Source of the DNA: an uncultured Verrucomicrobiae bacterium
GTDB taxonomy: Bacteria > Verrucomicrobiota > Verrucomicrobiia > Chthoniobacterales > Chthoniobacteraceae
DNA: 64,000 nt
Assembly (NCBI GenBank): GCA_963828525.1
Contig: CAWHEP010000007.1
Location: forward strand, 46,200 to 110,199
Direction: 5' to 3'
This document shows positions 63,917-64,000 of this stretch, piece after piece; the stretch's first letter is position 1, and the number at the start of each line of letters is the position of its first letter. Made by a program: the position numbers and the translations under genes. The notes beneath the pieces are model-generated. The model was not told the origin of the DNA. It made no database searches and was given only the letters and a program-made list of their open reading frames with translations.

Positions 63917-64000
63917 GCTTCGGTCATGGCTTTGTGCTTGAGCTAGTCTCCGTTCCTCACCAGCGGCATAGCTTACGAGGTGCTTTCCATACCAGCGTAA

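Overview
GC-rich bacterial window, probably Verrucomicrobiota/PVC (inferred from PEP-CTERM, T5SS/PEP-CTERM repeat and GSDH-cytochrome c proteins). Many genes carry single-base frameshifts that look like uncorrected long-read errors, so several ORF-track entries are fragments or false fusions. Left part (1-19 kb): protoglobin, class A PBP, fur-sufCBD, GSDH-diheme cytochrome, a metallophosphoesterase and an AAA+/DUF4143 gene tied to 22-bp palindromic repeats, response regulator, Ser/Thr kinase, DUF72, DUF1460. Middle (19-42 kb): an accessory block bracketed by two copies of an unannotated 37-aa basic microprotein gene, holding a large autotransporter, a PEP-CTERM protein, DUF1016 and a tRNA-half/prophage remnant; then several intact and decayed toxin-antitoxin loci, GH38 and RcnA. 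Right part: a ~7.5-kb multidomain PL4 lyase, a DUF3142 plus helical-protein pair, GT2/TVP38, an ISL3, and an integron (intact intI, attI, five attC). Cassette-like DNA and a 29-bp mini-attC also lie on the far side of intI. Best candidates for something undescribed: the duplicated microprotein, the repeat-linked phosphoesterase/AAA-nuclease module, and the two-sided integron with a possibly ORF-less cassette. All family calls are from motif recognition, not database searches.
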